Part shown: positions 61,478-64,000 of the stretch, piece by piece
Numbering within the stretch: position 1 is the first letter of the stretch
Layout: every line of letters starts with the position of its first letter
Assembly (NCBI GenBank): GCA_964016885.1
Contig: OZ024750.1
Span: forward strand, 29,264,001 to 29,328,000
Direction: 5' to 3'
Length of the DNA stretch: 64,000 nucleotides
Source: Eledone cirrhosa
Lineage: Eukaryota
Notes under the pieces: generated by a model
The model's database searches: none
Told to the model about the DNA's origin: nothing
The model's input: only the letters and a program-made list of their open reading frames with translations
Position numbers and translations under genes: made by a program

Positions 61478-63154
61478 GGTGTCAACCAAAACATATCCCC
61501 TAATTTATTTATTAAGACAGTAAAAACATTAAAAACAACAGCTAGTGTCTAGTTTTACGATCTAAATTCAATTAAATATATCAGTAATTTCACTGAAAAG
61601 TCAGAAACAAAATAAATAGAAATTATTTACATATATTTCAAAATGTGTCTTTAAAACATTTTTGACAAATTTTCAATCAAAAGGATTGCTAATCAACTCA
61701 TTTTTTCTTCTTCTCAAAGCTTGATATTTGTGAGTTCCGAGATTGCTGAATATTATCGTTTTCTATAATTTATTTTTATTTTGTAAGTAAAAATACATAT
61801 ATATTTTATTATACAAATTTTGTTATATTAACATTATTTCGAATTGTTTTCTAGTTTTATTACTAAAGCGTGCCATTCAGAAAGCCAAACGGGACGCAAC
61901 CCACAGCAGCTATAAATCATAGTTTAGAAAACCGGTTAAAACTTTCTATATTTCCTAAGAAATTCAACACACTCGACACTCCACTGGTTTGTTTACACAC
62001 ACGCAGAGACAGACAGACACACGCACACTCAGACACATATACACACACCTTTTAGGGTCCTGTCAGACTACCCCCTTCTCACGGTTCATTAACTTCTTAT
62101 TTTAAGAAAATTATTAAAATAAATAGGATTTATTCATTATATAAATTCATTTCAACAGTAAATAGATTGTATTAAATAAAACACAAGAAAGATTTATTTT
62201 TGTTGGATTTCTCCAACGTTACATGAATACGAAATAGAATAAGTTTGTATATTGTGAGAACATAAATCTAACGATTCTTGTTGGATCCTGATTCGGAACA
62301 AAGAATTAACTAAAATTATTTCCCGTGGGGAATTAACAGAGTCGTTAGAGCGACGGAATCTGTTGTGACTTTCTACATTGTGAGTTCAAATCCCGCTGAA
62401 GTTCACTTTGCCTTTCATCCTTACGGTATCGATAAAATAAAGTACCAGTACTGCACGGGAGTCGATTTAATCGACTCCCCCAAAATTGTTGACCTTGTGT
62501 CTAAATCAGAAACCGTTATTAAGATGTCGTACATTGGCGAAATTGTTACAGTGTCGGAGAAAATGCTTTGCGGCATTTAATTACGATTTTCTGTTTTGAG
62601 TTCAAATCCCGTGGAGGTTAACTTTACCTTTCATCCTTCCTATGTCGCTAAAATAAAGTACCAGTTAAATACTAATATGGATATAAGAGACTTTCCCTTT
62701 CCCCACAAAATTGTAGGCCTTGTGCCTAAATTAAAAACCATTATTGTTGTTATTGTTGTAATCTGGTGATAATTAAAGGGAAGTAAGTCATTTTTGAAAG
62801 GGAAATAATTATTTACCAGCTTTGGAAGGGAAGTAACTTTTAATAGTGGCGTTGTATTTGTTTTGCAAGGTTTTTGATATGAAATTGTGTGTTGAAACAG
62901 ATATTGAAAAACTATATTTATATTTATATTTTAAACTGTTGGACAATCAATGATAAACATTAATTGCCAGCTAAATTATTTATAGAAATATGAAAATATA
63001 CTGAAGCGAAAACCAAACCAAACAGTGAGTGTGTTTTTCTATACAACATGACCCTCTCCAAATATAACAATAACTTTTAATAAGCTTCGATCTAAACAAG
63101 AGGAGTATCTTTTAACAAGACTTGATTTTTGGAATAATATATATCTGTGTGTGT

Positions 63155-63470
63155 GTGTAGCTTAGTGGTTAGAAAATTGGCTTCACAATCGTGAGGTTGT
63201 GAGTTCGATTCCCAGAGCAGACAGTGTGTTGTATTCTTCAACAGGACACTTGTTTCACATTACTCCAGTTCACCTAGCTGTAGAAATGAATTGCAACGTC
63301 ACTAGTACCAAGCTGTGTCGGCCATTACCTTCCCTTGGACAACATCGGTGGCGTGGAGAGCGGAAACTGGTATGCATGGGTGACTGCTGGTTTTCCTCAA
63401 ACAATTCTACCCAAACTTGTGCCTCGGTGGGGAACATTCTAAGTGCAAATCCCATAGTAATTCGGAATTT
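63155..63470 (+). mobile_element. Third CORE-type SINE family
   Basis: tRNA-like head plus CORE; its 3' part recurs reversed at 40380-40570. Confidence 0.7.
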
Positions 63471-64000
63471 GTTGTTTAGGACCAGGTCATTTAAGAATTA
63501 CGCATGTTAGTTTGTTTGTTTTTCTGACATAACGTATCTAGGGCTAGTTTAATATTCAATGTGTCCTATTTTAAGACGGTAATATGTGATTTGGTTGCTA
63601 TTTCTAGTAGGACGGTCAACCATGTAGTGGCTCATTCTATAGATATTGTAAATACATGGGGATAATTATTCGTAGTGGAGTATATAAATAGGGGAAATAA
63701 ATCTTTTTGGTAAATGATTTCTTCTGAGATCGCGTGTTGAATGTAAAACAGTCTACATTTTAGCCATTAAAAACAACAAAAAACAAAACTAGAAAAACTG
63801 TTCTAGTCATTTGTCATGTATCTCGGTAACTGTTGATAAGATTTCTATAAATTGCTTTACAATATTTTTTTGTGTATTATATTTGTGAGGTTCCTAGCAA
63901 TAATTAATTGCATTTATTATATGTGTTTATACTTGTATTTATATTTTCATTCTGTAAGGATTATAAACAAATTGTGATGTTTATAGAACTGTGAATAAAA

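Overview
Eukaryotic, AT-rich, repeat-dominated genomic DNA. The microsatellite load and the two dominant tRNA-derived SINE families (one with a Meta-type domain, one with a CORE-type domain) resemble octopod cephalopod genomes; this assignment is an inference. Almost all ORFs in the supplied track are artefacts of simple repeats or retroelement remnants. Two spliced host genes can be read on the minus strand. The first is a FAM228-family gene: ATG at 53037, about ten coding exons running down to 20.7 or 17.4 kb, roughly 390-415 aa, with an N-terminal part that appears to be built from four paralogous phase-0 exons. The second is the first coding exon and promoter of a Caskin/ANKS1-type ankyrin-repeat gene (ATG at 10032) that runs off the left edge. 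Introns hold a near full-length but broken L1/Tx1-clade LINE, fragments of RTE-, CRE- and Penelope-like retroelements, piggyBac-, hAT- and Tc1-type MITEs, and many minisatellites. The most notable observations: (1) two adjacent ~230-260 bp palindromic elements of different sequence but the same architecture, each encoding a minimal type I hammerhead ribozyme fold on both strands; (2) a TSD-flanked SINE 3' transduction/template-switch chimera whose apparent donor lies 23 kb away in the window; (3) exon quadruplication where intron flanks are better conserved than the exons; (4) a 400-bp-arm foldback duplication. All calls were made by eye, with no database searches.
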